Notes: generated from the letters alone by a model not told the origin. DNA of 63,869 nt, filler included, from Sluysia triapertura (GCA_046118255.1; 5 parts of 5 records of this genome joined end to end with filler, not necessarily neighbours in it); one strand, 5' to 3'; counted from the first letter of the whole stretch, positions 26,511 through 41,205 are shown. Made by a program: numbers and translations.

Positions 26511-27010
26511 AAAACAAAATTAAATTAATTTTTAAAAATATTAAAATTTACATTTAAAAATAAATATAACTTACGTCAGTTTATTTTTTTTAAAGAATAA
26601 TAATCCAAAACAAATTAGATACAAAAATCAATAAATTTTGATAATTAAACAAAAATCAATAGATTGTTAAATAATTAAAATTACAAAGTTCAATATTCAT
26701 TGATTACACTATGATACAAACATCAAACATTGAATTAGATTTACAATTACACTACGACCACTGCAAATGATAAGTAGATATGAAGCAAAGAACGCAGAGA
26801 ATAGATATGACTAGAGAAAAATTCACGTTTTATGAATCAGAAATGATTTTTAAATTGTACGAGATACTTTATATTTCAAAAATTAACATAAAGATATTAA
26901 AAAATTAATAATAATGTACATAATCAATAAATATGTTGGGGTAAAAGGCCTAAAAAGTGCCAAGTAGTGTAATTGAATATAATAAAAATGAAATTGTTAG
27001 ACGGGGCTGA

Positions 27011-27110
27011 NNNNNNNNNNNNNNNNNNNNNNNNNNNNNNNNNNNNNNNNNNNNTTAATTAATTAANNNNNNNNNNNNNNNNNNNNNNNNNNNNNNNNNN
27101 NNNNNNNNNN
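27011..27110. other. Assembly gap with TTAATTAATTAA linker
   Basis: Direct reading. Confidence 0.97.
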
Positions 27111-27715
27111 ATGCATGCTTACACGGGACAACATGTAAGACGTTATCACAGGAGCTTTTACTTGTTGCTCAAAAGGTTTAACAAATGTACAAAGGCTCTT
27201 GTAATGATGCATCACTCTGTTGGACTCACGTCTTGGTTGCTTACCAGAATCAAACAGTTATCTGTCGCCATCTGCTGGACATAAAGCGCAATGTCTCTGT
27301 CCAATGTCTAACTGTTTTGTCAAAACCTGAAGAAAAACGTACAGTGCAGGACAATTTCTTATTTAGAGACAATAAAACTCAATGTCAGGTATAGGCCTAA
27401 CATGTTGTACTGTTGTAAAGCATCCTTAACACACTTTCATCAATGAACCCTTATTCTCTCCTTCGCAAATTTTGCACTAAAGTTCTTTTTTCTCCCTGCA
27501 TGAACTAAAGGATCTACTGAGGCAGGACATTACTTTTGCACTGCAGAGACTTCTCATTTTGTGGCTTAATTGGGTTCTTAAAATCTATTGTTCAAGTTTT
27601 ATCTGCTGCCTTTGTGTTTTTAAGCCAGTTTCTGTTTCAACAGTGGCTCCAACACACATTTGGTGACTCCCAGGCTTGTTTTATCTGCATAAATTTATCT
27701 CCTGTGTGTCATATA
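27111..27715. other. Compositionally foreign segment at a contig start
   Basis: About 40% GC (24/60 in line 27121) against about 20% in the flanks, with an abrupt change near 27715. CTCF-like motif at 27263-27280. Confidence 0.7.
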
Positions 27716-27849
27716 ATTTACAATTGATTGATTAATTCATATGTATAATTCTTGTACATTATAACATTGATTATTATTGGATATTATGGTGAATGTTTAA
27801 AGTAATTTTTGAATTTATTTATAAAATGTTAATTAAAATTTTATAAAAT

Positions 27850-28624
27850 ATAAATCATTTTGATAATTATAAATAATATTAATCATTTTGATAACTAAGA
27901 ATTATTTTAAATATTTTAATTGTTTTAATTGGAAGTTTTAATTGTGAAGGTCATGAATGATTTGAGTATATAAGCTTTCACAATTTTAACAACTTTTCAC
28001 CAAAAAATTTTCTTACAAATTCCGTCGAAGTTAATTGTCAGTTAAATAACCTTTAGTTTTCAGCATAAGTTCTTTGTAATCATTTAAAGACTACGTAATA
28101 AACTATAATCAAAATCTTATTATAAACTTAGCCCTATCTTTTAAAACGATAGGCGGAATAAATCCTGATAAAATATAAATTTTTATATTATTAATTTTGT
28201 TTGATAACATAATTTTTATTAATAAATTTTCATTATAATTTTTAAATTTTGTTTTTTAGCAAGTTGTCAGATTTCGTTTACATAGAAATCTTAATAAAAT
28301 TATATTAAAATTCCATTCAAACTATTGGTTTCATTTAATAAGAAACAACATAAAATCAAATAATTACTTACTGAGAACCTGAATAAAATCATAGTGTTAT
28401 TTGACTATTCATTCAATTAAGAGATTTTATTAAAAATTTAATAAATAACATTTTTAACATTTTGTTGACCCAATTTCTTTCAAGGAAGGCTTATACTTTA
28501 AAACCTCCAATTAAAATTGATCTTTCTAAATCCAACCACTAGCCCTAACAGGTAAGACTAAGTACGTTGGTGAACTCATATTAACTTACTTTTATTCGTG
28601 AGCATTAGGAATAAGCTTTAAAAT

Positions 28625-28656
<32 letters not shown>
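27850..28656 (+). mobile_element. CR1-type LINE 3' remnant followed by (TA)n
   Basis: CTAGCCCTAACAGGTAAGACTAAGTACGTTGGTGAACTC near 28540 matches the reverse complement of the motif near 25700-25740. Confidence 0.5.
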
Positions 28657-28659
<3 letters not shown>

Positions 28660-29949
28660 AATAAAAATAAAAAACTTATAAAATAAAACTTATATCAAAG
28701 CAGAGGGTAATTAAATTTGCGAAAAATCGTAAAACGTAACACATGTATCAATTTATCAACAAAATCTATATACTAATATCAAATCAAAATTGTAATATTT
28801 ATGTCACAACGTAAATTATATCGAGTCAAAGGTATCAGTAATTCGCAAATATAACTAGAGTACCAATTTATTAAATAAGTTCATATTCATATTCTTATCT
28901 TAAACATTTTATGATGTAATGTCGCAATTCAAAAAATCAAGCTGTCAATAAGCAACGAATTAGACTCAGTTAGAGTTAAAAATGACCCAATTTAAAATTC
29001 AATAAATAAATGTGAATCAATGTAGTCCCGATTTTGATGACAAGTTTTGAAATGGTTTTTGTAAAATTCATTTTAAAGCAGTTTATGTATGAATTTCGGC
29101 TACATTCCACGATTCATAGGGTTTAGTAGGTCTATCTTTAGCTGTGCAACAATATAAATATCTAAAATAGTCGAAAAGACAACTTAGTAGCCTTGTGTGT
29201 GGATTATCAAATTTTAAGTATACCATTATTTGTTATTTTGATTGAAAATTTGTGATCATGAAATTCAAAGCAGCAAATAAAATGTGAAAACAAGTTTATT
29301 AAATTTCGAATATATATAATTTTATAATTTATATAATTATATAAATTATATAATTTTCTTTTCTTTTTTATTTATAGTTTACGATAATTTATTAAACTAT
29401 TTGTATTTTACATTTTCCTATACACACTACACTTTTATAATTTTAAACTAACTAATTCTCGATCAAGCGTTAATTTCCAAAATTTGTGATGTAAGAGCTA
29501 TTTTATTAAATTCGGTTTAAAATAAAACTTTTTAAAGAAAATTCTAAAAAGGTTTTCAAAAATTACTCTTCTGCAATGTTCTTGTTTATACTGAGTTTGA
29601 ACCAGAATTTATATTGCTTATTAGGCATCTTTATGGAGGCTTGTAAGAAAATAACAATTACTATTACTGTAGTTATGGTACCTATTATAATTATTATATT
29701 AAGTTGGAAAGGATGAGATTTATTGTTAATAATATTGCCAAATTTAGCAGCTTCTTATTTGACATTGGTTCAATATTTTACCGTACTATTTTTGAATGGA
29801 AAGTTACATATCTCGCCAGTTTAAGTTCTAAAAAATATTGAAAAAGTTAAAAAAGTTGAATATTGAATGGTGGAAATTATGGGTCCTTGCGTGGAACTAC
29901 GCAATTGCAGACCGCACAAAACATTAATAGTGTATTTGTCTCTTGTGTT

Positions 29950-30230
29950 ACTACGCTACAGACAGCTTCAAATTGTTTCGCCAAATTTCATACAGATAAC
30001 AAATGAGCCATGCCATCAGCCAGAATCAAAAGTCAATAATGACGAACCAAAGGTCACTGTTGATTCTGATCTAAGTTAGAGAGCCCATGAATTATCGTTG
30101 AAGTTTGGTGTTGAAATGAAAATATTGGATAAGTGGGTTTCACATGAACTGAAATGAAAACAGAATCTGACTTAATTTTAATCAAATTGTTATTTGTGAT
30201 GAGAAAGTGATCCAATATAAAAATCGCCTT
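29950..30230 (+). mobile_element. Mariner transposase fragment
   Basis: NEPCHQPESKVNNDEPKVTVDSD...LDKWVSHEL...IVICDEK, compared with mariner NEPRGRP..VDND.LK, WVPHEL and IVTCDEK. Confidence 0.75.
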
Positions 30231-30723
30231 TTTCCAAAAATTTCATAATTGTGATGACTTGATATTTTCATTAATATTATTGTATCATAATATTCATTAA
30301 TTTTTGATTTAATAAAAATTATTTTCAAAGTAAAATTAAAATCATTATCATTGGGATTATAATGCTTTTCATCAATTTAAAATGAGATTTAATAGAGTTA
30401 ATATAAATTTAAAATTTAATAACAAATAACAATTAGTTTAGATTAAGATAAAATAAATAATCATTTTAAAATGATATTCTATAAAGACAATATAATATTA
30501 AATTTTAAGAACTTAAAGATTATTCTAATATGAGAGTTAAAATTATATTAAATTGAGACTGAGTTAAACTAGTACATAATCAAAAATTAATAGCACTATT
30601 CTCGTTCAAAATTAACTTAAATTAAAGATTGAGAGAATAATGTTATATCAAATTTAAATACAAAGTGAGACTTAATATAAGTAGTATGAAAAATATCTGA
30701 ACTAATGACGATAATTGTCACTC

Positions 30724-30739
30724 ATTATTATTATTATTA

Positions 30740-30789
<50 letters not shown>
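30724..30789. repeat. (TTA)n microsatellite
   Basis: Direct reading. Confidence 0.95.
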
Positions 30790-32785
30790 GAATTTGTATA
30801 TGGAAATTATTTGTAACTAACTACCGCTGTTATATGAATACTGAATACTGTGTAGAAAATTATTTGTTACTATTATAATAACTATCATGCTAAATAATTA
30901 TTGAATATAGAAAATATTACTATCATATTTGAACTATTATAGAATACTGTATATTGAAACTATTTACTATTATAAATGTACTATTACTGGCAAATAAATA
31001 ATTGTATTTAGAAATAATAATCGTTATTATATATGGAAAACCGTAACATTTCAACTCACTACACATAAACTAATAAAAAAAGGGTAAATAAGAAAAAGTT
31101 AACAACTATCTATTCGTCACTGAATTTATGGTTAGAAAACAATTTCAGAATTTGTTGGTAGAATTCATTCTAAAATCGACAGACATTAATAGTATTAATT
31201 CCAGAATATTTTATAGTAAGTGATTCTTGGCTTTAATTCAGATATTAAAACTATAAATTTACATCAAATAAAATATCCTATTTATATTTAAATCCTATCG
31301 TGTGAAAGATTATTACCTGTAAAATACATAATTTTGTTATTGTCATTGTGCTATATAAATAAATAAATTAAAACTTGAATTTTCTTTATTGAGAGCAGTA
31401 ACCCCGGGAAAGAATATTGTGAAATTGATTAAATTTAGAGAGTTATAATTAAAATCTGAGATGGTTTTAATAAGATAATCACCAATTTAAATTTAAATTG
31501 TTGGCGTTTCAATTCCAGATCATCGGAACGAGTATCCAAACTCAGATTTCTAGATAACTTAAACGAATATTAATTGAATAAGTAAAGCGATAAAGAGTTT
31601 GAGTTGCTATTGATGAACGATAACTTTTATAAGTGAATATTTAGAGTATTACTGAGAACTAAAGTATGAGAAAATATTAAAGATATTGAGTACTAGTAGC
31701 GTTTTTTCAGAATTTGTATTGAACGTCTAATTGTTTATATTTATTAAAGTTATTAGCATAAGAAAATAGTGATAATCGTTTTCAACAGGAAATATAAAGT
31801 ATTGAAGTTGATTATCGAATTACAATAGAAATAATATCATAAATCTAACATTATTATTATTAATATTATTACAATTATTATTTGTATATTATTAATTTCA
31901 TTAATAAAAATATAATATACATATGTACACATAATTTATAGCATAAATTACTATACATATTATCAAATTATCTGTGGCCCGTATGTTTGACATTCCTGAT
32001 CTGAGGTAATTAAATGCATAAACATTTCGGCACATAATTATTCTTGCAATTAATTCAAAAGTGTGCATCACCATATTTGAAGAATTTTAAATAATATTTA
32101 AATTAATTTTTAAATATTATTTCTGTAATATTTATTTATAATATCTAGTAAGATTTGAGACGTTTTTTTCCTGTAGCATTATTGATAATGGGAATCTTTT
32201 TTGTATTTTGGGCCTTTTCCTGGCAAATTATATTCTTAAAACTTATGTTAAAATTGCTATAGAGTTTTTTATTGTTTTAAAATTATGCCAAATTATATTA
32301 AAAATTCTTATTTTGATTTTTTATTCTTTTTTACATTTATTTCAATCAGTTAATTGTTTTTTTAAATTTAAGCATTATTCATAAACTATAGCTTAGCAAT
32401 GATTATCGTTCTAGGGTTTTTTTCACTGAAAACTTTTAAATCAAGTAAAAAAATCGAATGAATTAAATATTAGATTTTTTAATTATTTAATTTTGACGAT
32501 ATGAAATTTGATATTTAAGACTCTTAGATTACAATGTATTGTGATACATTGTAGCCACCATAGATATTTTTTTATATCTAAGTAACATGTTTCGTAAACT
32601 TAATACAAAATTAATTATCAAACTATAATTATTAAACTATAATCAATAATTAAAACATATTCAAATTTTCAGAGCAATTAAATAAGTAAAAAAATATAAT
32701 GCAAAAAAATTATTATTTTATTTATATCGTTAAATAAAGAAATATGATTTTGGTTTATAAAAAATCTTGCACTTTTAATTCTTAC

Positions 32786-35698
32786 TTTTCTTCAATAGAA
32801 ATTGCTTCAAATCTTGATTGAGGTTCATTTGATATTTGAGATCGTATAGGCTCTTCGATTTTTGGTTTGACACTGAGACTGTAAAAATTAATTCAAAATA
32901 AAATAAAAAGTATGAATAGGAAATAAAATATAATATTTCTATGTAAATTGTAATGTCAAAATATCAAAATATAAACGACACAAATTAAATTAAATAATGA
33001 AGAAATAAGCGACGGTATATGGAAATTTTACATCTTGATAATAAAGAAAAATATTCACATAGCTTTAAAAGATGGCAATCCATCAATAGTGTTATAAAAA
33101 CGTAAATTTAAAGTATATACTATGATGCAACAACTGAAGAAAGAGTTATTAGTGGTTGAGAAGAATAATGACACTAGTAACTGTCATTGCTATTATTATA
33201 ATTTGGTGATGCAAATGTACATGTATGGTGCATATTGTAAATTAATTACTATAAATTTTTATTGGTTAAATGTCTATTTGATTTTACAAAAACGCTTTAT
33301 TAAACAATTATTGTTTAAAGTATTAACTAAAACATACAAATATATAACAATAAATTTAATAATATTTTAACTTTAAAGAATATAACTTAAAACATCAAAT
33401 ATCTTTTAATTAATTTTATTGATTTTCTGTAATTAATTCAATTTGAAAATTCATTAATTATATTTTTAATTCTAATTTACTACGATATTTTAAAACTTAT
33501 AACTTTAAAATAATTAAATATTAAATGGAAGCTTTTCGTTATTTATTTGCATAATGCGCCTCAAAGGTTATTGCGAAGAACTGTGCATTAGTTCACATTC
33601 AGTAACTTCAACAGTCAAATGCACATCTTAAATGATTTTATCAATAATAGTCTATAATCCAGAATAATAATTTGTATCAAAAGAGTAACTCTCCAGATAT
33701 CTGTTTCATTTTTTAAATTTATATTGAATTATTAATTTTTAATTATATTTGAATTGTGTTTCTAATTATTATGATTAGAATATTTTATATATTATTTTTG
33801 TATATGTTTTGTTAAAGCAGTTTTTTTCAATATTTTATAAATTTTTATATAAATTTTTTATAAATTTTTATATAAATTTTTTATAAATTTTTATATAAAA
33901 TTTTATATATTTTTGGTATGATAGAATATTTGTATCTTTACAAAACTTAAGTCCTTTACGACTGCTACAAAATGTTAAGACAAAATTTACAATTGTACTT
34001 TTATAAAAATTTCAAATAAATTAATAATTAAAATTAAAATATAAAATCAACAATTTAAAATTTGTAAGACATAAAATCTCTTGTACTATTTTTTAAAAAT
34101 ATTTGGTGTGGTACTCAAAATATAAAACATAATAAACGGTAATTACTTATCTTAGTGTTTTAATAAAATTTCACTTGTTAATTTATTCAAATGGATAGTT
34201 TGGGGCTAAATCTATTATAATATCAACAAAATTTAGATTTTAAAAATTGCTAATATTAAAACGTAAACATAAAGATTTATAATTAGTATTTAATTAACAA
34301 AATTAATTTACATTTATTTAGAACATAAATCACAAACATATTAAAAATGTATCTGTTTAAATCTAATAATTAAATATTTTTATTTTTCACTGCGCTATAA
34401 TTAAAAATAGCGAAGGTAAAAATAATTGAGACACCAAAAACGTTTATATTTTATATTTTAAATATTATATTCTATGAATAAAATGAAATTTAGACATTAC
34501 TATTTTTAGAAGTTTGTTTATTTAAATGTCCAAAATTTAGTTTAATAATAATACCGAATTAATTCTTTTGTCATTATTAAATTTAAAACACAAAAGAGAA
34601 TTGATTATAAAATAAAATTGTATAAAATAGTGAGTATAATAATCTATTGCTAAAATTACTTTAGTTTTATTATATACACTTATTTTAATGTATAAATAAT
34701 GTAAAAAATTATATTTTTAAATTTAATGAAAATATTATTTTTAATTATATTAAATAGAAAGTAAAGTATTAACTAATATGCTTATGAAAATAATCAAACC
34801 ATGAGCAACTGCAACAACAGCACCAACAGAAATAGCATCCCCGAGATCCAGCAGGCGTGCCCCTTCTGTTGTTAGTTGAACCAGTTGATGTTTGCTGCAT
34901 TTGTTGTGAAACTCGAGTTCGAGTGTTGTTACTATTAACGCCGTACGATGGTCTTCTGTTATCACCATTTCCACCATTATTTCCACCACCTGTCGAACTC
35001 AGCCTATAATTATATCTCGAGCTACTACCTGCAGCACCATTGTTATTACTTGCGCTAGTTCCAGCACTTGTCCCAGTAACTACACTTCGCCTTGCTTCAG
35101 TTTGATTTCTATCAGAATTTGAATTACCACCCGCAGAACCGCTAGCTCCTCCACTACATTTTGGTTCTGATGTACCTGTCCCATCGCCTCCCGTTATACT
35201 GCCTGTCCGTGTTCTTGAAGTTTTGCTGCCTGATCTGGAATTCAGTAATCTACCACTATCTTTATCTTGAAATTCGAGATCCAATTCTGAATCCAGTTCT
35301 TCGGTTTGACTGTTATTTCTGACATCTATAAGAAATTTATCATCTTCATCACTAAGTATTTTGTTTTCGTCAGTAATGGGTTCTTTCACATTTTTTTCAT
35401 CATCATTATCACCATCATCAACAGTAATGTCATTACTACTACTACTATCATTGTGTGCTTCAATTCTTTTATGAACTGATTTTAGCAATTCAATTCCTTC
35501 TAAAACTATTTCACCTTCAGAAAAAATACCCTGCTCTCCAATATAATCCATTTCCTGAGTTTGAAACTTGTTCTTTCGGATTTCCGTTGTTTCTTTTGAT
35601 TTAGTTTCAGTTTTTTCAGAACTTATACTATAACCACTTAGATTACTGTTACGGCGACTGGGACGTGTGTGAGCTAAGTTTCCACTTTCGTCGTACAT
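32786..35698 (-). CDS. RZ-family regulator of G-protein signalling (RGS17/19/20-like), N-terminal exons only
   Basis: Exon 35698-34800 ends RGCYFCWCCCCSCS + TG/gt. Exon 32878-32786 continues in phase as C-LSVKPKIEEPIRSQ..., matching RGS17 CCFCWCCCCSCSCLTV. RGS-box exons are not seen in the window. Confidence 0.88.
33825..33910. repeat. AT-only tandem repeat (ATAAATTTTT-based, 11-13 nt units)
   Basis: Direct reading; lies in the RGS intron. Confidence 0.8.
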
Positions 35699-37795
35699 TT
35701 TTGGGTCCTTAAATTAATTTGTATTTATCATATAAAATTTAATTACAAATTTAATTTTGAAAACTTTTTCACTAAATTAGTGTCATTTCCAAAAAGATAT
35801 GATTTATTTTTATTATGCTATTAATTTTTACTATTATATAAAAGAGAGAAAATTAACATTATATATAATTTATAGATATAATTTTTTTATTAAATTATCA
35901 AAATTATTAACAATTTTTTTGACGATCCAATAATTAAAATTTCTATATTGAAATATCTTGGTCCTAATTCTCAAATGAAGGTTTTTGCTGATATTTGAAT
36001 TTTTTAATAAAAATATTCTTTAAGCGAAAAAACGTTCTTGCTAACATCGGTGCCTATTGAGACATTATTAAAGAAATATCTAGCAACTGCAGATTGTACT
36101 ATTTAGAAAACAAATCAATATTTTTTCCAACAAAATTCAATAATATTAATTAGTACTGGGCCTCAACCAATGAAAACGAATTGCTTAAAACTTTCAGTTA
36201 ACTTTATCGCATATTCGTCAATAAATAATGTCACATTCTTCAAAGTTTCAACATATTATAATTATTATAATTATAATAAATCTTAAATATAATTTTTATT
36301 TTACGAAAATCTTTAAAAATATTATACTAATATTTCTCTTTACTTTTATTTTAATATTTATTCTAATAGCAGTTTTATTTTAACTTTCCTTTAAAGCTTT
36401 TCAGAAATTCTTCTCTTGCTTAATATCTACTTATTTCCTGATTTAACTTTACACTTAATTGCAATATATAATGTTGCATCATTTATTTAATATCATCTGT
36501 CATTGTATTTAAAAAATACTTAGAAAGTTTCTGTATTTGTTAATTTTCTTTTGTTCTTTTCGAAGTAAAATAAGTAAAAATGAATTAAAAGTATTGGAAA
36601 GTGATGTTTATTTCTTTCTATACAATATATAAATTATGTACCCTATCTGTTATTTATACTTGAATTGAATATTTATACGACATATTTTATTAATTATTTT
36701 TTTGTATTATACGCGTGTTTTTAATAAGTAGTGAGTCTAAAAAACAATTAATCCACAATTAACGCACACATTTTTTTGAACAAAATCAATACATTTTAGA
36801 AGCTTGTTTTGGAAAAAAATACAAAATAAAACAAAATTTTAATTGTAATTTGAATAAGAGCCCAATACTACAATTTTGCACGTACATCGACTTTTATTAT
36901 CTTTTTTGTTGAATTGCTGTTTCGAAAAAAATATTTTTGTCAGTACAAATATTTATTTATCAAGAGTAACAATAATCATGGTAGTAGTAGTCGTATTTAT
37001 TTAAAAATGATAAATAATAATAAAGTGACCCCGTTCGAATTACTTCGAGTGTGTGCAGTTTGGCCTGTTTGGTGCGATCGAATTAACTCGAGAGTGCAAG
37101 TTAAGAATTTTTAAAATATTTTATTTATGATGAATGTTATTTTCAAAATAATTATATTCTAAGTAATTTTTTTTCTTTTTTATCCTTACGTAGATAAAGT
37201 TTGATAAAATATATTATAAAATAGTATACAGAATTATTAAGGTTTATTTCAACCTTAATCGAACATAATAATATTTTATTGTAATTCTTAGAATCTATTT
37301 TAATTCGACAATGAGTGATCTTAACCTTAATTTTACATTTATCTTAATTTGGTTATCACTTGTAAATAAGCGCAAAAATTTATCTTTTAACTGTAGGAAG
37401 AAGTGATTCTTCACATAATGATTAAAACATAATAAAAATAAAAATGATTCATATTACATAAATTAATAATTTTACATAAAAATGTTTTTATGAAATTTAA
37501 ATTGAGCGAAATACTCACTAAAATATTGACTTATTTCAAAAGTGTTGTCAGCAATATTCAAAAAATTTGACATTTTTTTAAAAGCTTGCAACTAATCGTC
37601 TAATACTTTGTAATGAATCTGATAATAAAATTTCTAAAACTTCTATTACAATATCTTGATTTAGGAAGTGGACTTCAGAATTAGTCGAACTAACATTAAA
37701 ATCGATATTAATGTAAATTGTAAATGAATAAAAACAAAAGACATTTAAATTTTTAGTAGGATGAATTAGAATATAAAGTTCTGATTAACTTTTTG

Positions 37796-37971
37796 TGTAG
37801 TGGCCAACCCCTAACTTAATAATAAAAAAATAAAAATTCACCACATAAAATAACACCACTCATCACACCCTTCAGACATAAAGCACCACTCAATTCATTT
37901 CATAAACAATAAAATACAGTCTTAACACTTCACCAAACTACATTTCACAATAAATTAATTTATAGCTTAAC
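37796..37971 (+). mobile_element. TGTGG-head repeat module, copy D (truncated by gap)
   Basis: TGTAGTGGCCAACCCCTAAC followed by a C/A-rich body, as in copies A-C. Confidence 0.7.
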
Positions 37972-38071
37972 NNNNNNNNNNNNNNNNNNNNNNNNNNNNN
38001 NNNNNNNNNNNNNNNTTAATTAATTAANNNNNNNNNNNNNNNNNNNNNNNNNNNNNNNNNNNNNNNNNNNN
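37972..38071. other. Assembly gap with TTAATTAATTAA linker
   Basis: Direct reading. Confidence 0.97.
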
Positions 38072-39329
38072 TACTAATTAAATACAGAATTACGTATTAA
38101 GCGATATTTGTTTTATAAATTACACTTTGTTCACTTTATATCTTTTACTAATACTTTCTTATTATAAAATTTAATGGTAAATGATAATTTGAAATTTTTC
38201 TAAATAATTTGTACATAAAGTTCATATAAGTATTCATACATTATTTTATACTAAATGCAATGTTATTTAATTTTAATTTTATGGTAATTTATTGAAAATA
38301 ATTTTTTCCTTGACGCAAGTAATGACAGAAGAAGATTACCCTTGAGTTAATCCCATGAAAATTGAGCGATTTAACCTTATAAAAAGAAAATTGGTGTATG
38401 TTTCAGTTACTTTTCTGTAATAATGTATGTTGTGTGTGCATCGGAGAAACGGTTAGAGATAAGAAATTAATATCTAATTTACCAATCTGAATTTATGATT
38501 GATGATTAGTTATGTATTTGTAAAAACAAGTGTGATTTATTTCTTCAGCTTATTATCGAAATTGAGATAATTAAGTATTGTTGATTTCTTGAAATTATTG
38601 ATGTGACTTTCATTGTTGAATTTTTAATAATTCCAAGCTCTTAATATGACTATAATTGTATAATTAAAATATACATATTTTTATTATTAAAAAACTTAAT
38701 TTAGAAAAATTTCCTTGAAAATAATTGATTTTTAAGGTTTTTGCGCTTTTTAATAAAAATAGGAATAAAATAAATCACAGCACACGATTTCAGATATATT
38801 TAGCAGAGTAGTGTAGTGAACATAACTGATGCCCATAGTGCAACACTTTATTCGCACACCCATTAATTGCTAAATTAAAGGCAATTTAAGGTAATGTAAT
38901 AAAGGTCTATCATGTATTGTTTGGTATCGTTTTAAAATATCAAGCGTTAGTTGTTTAAAAATATATGGAGATACTGTAAATATTATTTATATATTAATTA
39001 ATTATATTACAATGATTTAGCAAAACATTTAATGTAAAAAATCATTTCTTTTCACGAACTTATTTCTTTTAGTTAAAATAGAAGTTTCTCGGTTTTTCGA
39101 AGTATTTATTTGCAATAAGCATTAAATTTTTTCCCTCTCAAACACATTAAATATTTGAACAATCAAAAATTAAGAGTTATATTTTTTAGAACAACCTCTT
39201 CATATTGAGGCATTGTCATGAAGATAAAAATCGGGATACTTTTTAGATGTTTAATATTTCTCATCTTTATGAAGAATTATTTATAATGCTTAACATTTAT
39301 GGTTTATGCTTTCCGCAAAATTAATAGTA

Positions 39330-40110
39330 TATGCCCATGTTCGTTCCGTGAGAATTTAAAAGATAAGACAGAATAAAACAGAATTTTAACGTGAGTTTAC
39401 CAGATAGGGCTAGCGTTGAATTTTTTGGATAAAAGATTTTTTAATAAGGGCCAGCAAAGCTGTCTAAAGTGTATTTAATTAGCTTAACAGTTATTGATTC
39501 TTGATTTTAGTAAGTTCTGGAGGTATAGATCATCTTTAGTGTTAAGTTCTCTAAATTATTAAAACATTTAAATAATTTTTGAAGTATTTTCGATGATCCT
39601 GTGAAAAGTATCTATAAAAATGATTTTATGGGATTAGATTTAAATTCTAATCGTTGAAAACGTTATTCTTCTAAAGATTTTATATTTGAAGATATAAAAT
39701 TTTAAAAAATAATGAATGATTATTGGAAAATATTTTATTAAATACAAAAAATAAACGAATTTACAGTACAATAAAATATGATAATTTGCGAGGAATTAAA
39801 TTAATTCCTGAAACAGTAATTCGTACAGATTTTACGAAGATCTTTTGAAAAATAATTAGAAAAATGATTTTGAGTACATTTTACGTGGATATATTTATTG
39901 TATATCCTACTGTAACATAAATAAACTAACGTAATTATTTTTAAAATTCGTTAAACAGTAGCCAGCAAATGGCTCCAAAAAATTTTACTAAAGTTATGCT
40001 CAAATTCAAAAACAAATTTTGTCTCACAAAACTGATAATACAAATTGTGTGACTGTTTAACAAATTTTAAGACTATTTATAGTCGTCTTAGCTGGCCTTG
40101 GCCAGGTTTA
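39330..40110 (-). mobile_element. CR1-type LINE 3' derivative, copy 2
   Basis: Minus-strand fragments ISFVRQNL, NIKSLEE*RF and *SIPPELTKIKN resemble the CR1 ORF2 C-terminus (FVRP.LEY, SLE.RR, WNSLP). Colinear with 25640-26510. Confidence 0.65.
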
Positions 40111-41205
40111 AACAAATAATTTTATTTTAAAACAATTATTTTAATTATTATAAAGCTTAATTTAAAATTAACTTTTAAAAAGTTAAATAAAATTTATATT
40201 GAATTAACAATTAAAAATTACTCACAAAATCATAAGATTCCAAAAATTACAACGTTTTTAAAAAATTAAACATAAATGTATACATTAATGAATAAATATT
40301 CATCAATAAAGTAAATCAATATAGTTCATATTAATTTGTATGTTTAATCAGTATTATCAGAAATCAATAAATATTTATCAATAAAGTTCAAAAGTGTGTA
40401 TACAAGTATAATTTGTGTGCGTAACAAGTAATCAATTCATCAATAAAGTAAGTTAGTTTACATTATTATAAAATAATCAAATCGACTACAAAAAGAAATA
40501 ACAATATAATTGAATTAATATTGTGAATATAATAATTATTGATATTAAATTAATTAAATTAACCACAAAAAGCAATAACAATATAATTGGAGTAATATTC
40601 TGGATATAATAATAAAATAATTATTCAGAGTCTATCGAAGCTATAAAAAAGCAAAAGTGTAAATAGCATCACAGTTTATTGAAGAAGTTTATTTAGGGTA
40701 ACGAATTTATTCGAGAAAAGATATATTGATAATTTTTTACTAACATTAATTTTGGAAACACTTTAGTTCATAATTAATTTTGATTATTTTTTATTATTAG
40801 AATAACTTTTGAATTAATAAAAATTTCTAAACAAAATTATTACTAGTAGTTTTTTATAAATCAATAGTTATTTGTGATATTAATTTTATTGTATTTTTAT
40901 AAACTAGATTTTGTCAAAATCATTTTATCAACAGCCTTATTTCGATTTGTCAAGTTCTGTATAAACTATTTTTATATCGAGTAAATAAAGTATTGAGTAA
41001 TTTAGTTTACTTGGTTTTATTTTAAAGGTAAAGATAGATATTGAACTTTAATCTTATTAAGCAAAACGCACTTCCATCTCATACACTAGAGACGAGTGAA
41101 CGATAACCTCCAGTTTATTAAAATAACCATAAAGAGAAGTTCAGCACTCCAAAGACACAATATTAATAAAAGATAAACATATATACTGCATAAAAATTAA
41201 TTTAA

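Noticed and set aside
27245-27326. Minus-strand exon-like block (GFDKTVRHW, WD40-like) as the next RGS exon
   Set aside because: Stops in all three frames, no RGS similarity, and it lies in the foreign-composition island.
34750-34989. 79-aa overlapping ORF
   Set aside because: Alternative frame of the RGS exon with no independent support.
40290-40620. Short spaced direct repeats (TTCATCAATAAAGT; AATAACAATATAATTG) as a CRISPR-like array
   Set aside because: Irregular, degenerate, AT-rich, in a eukaryotic context with no cas genes; ordinary local duplications.
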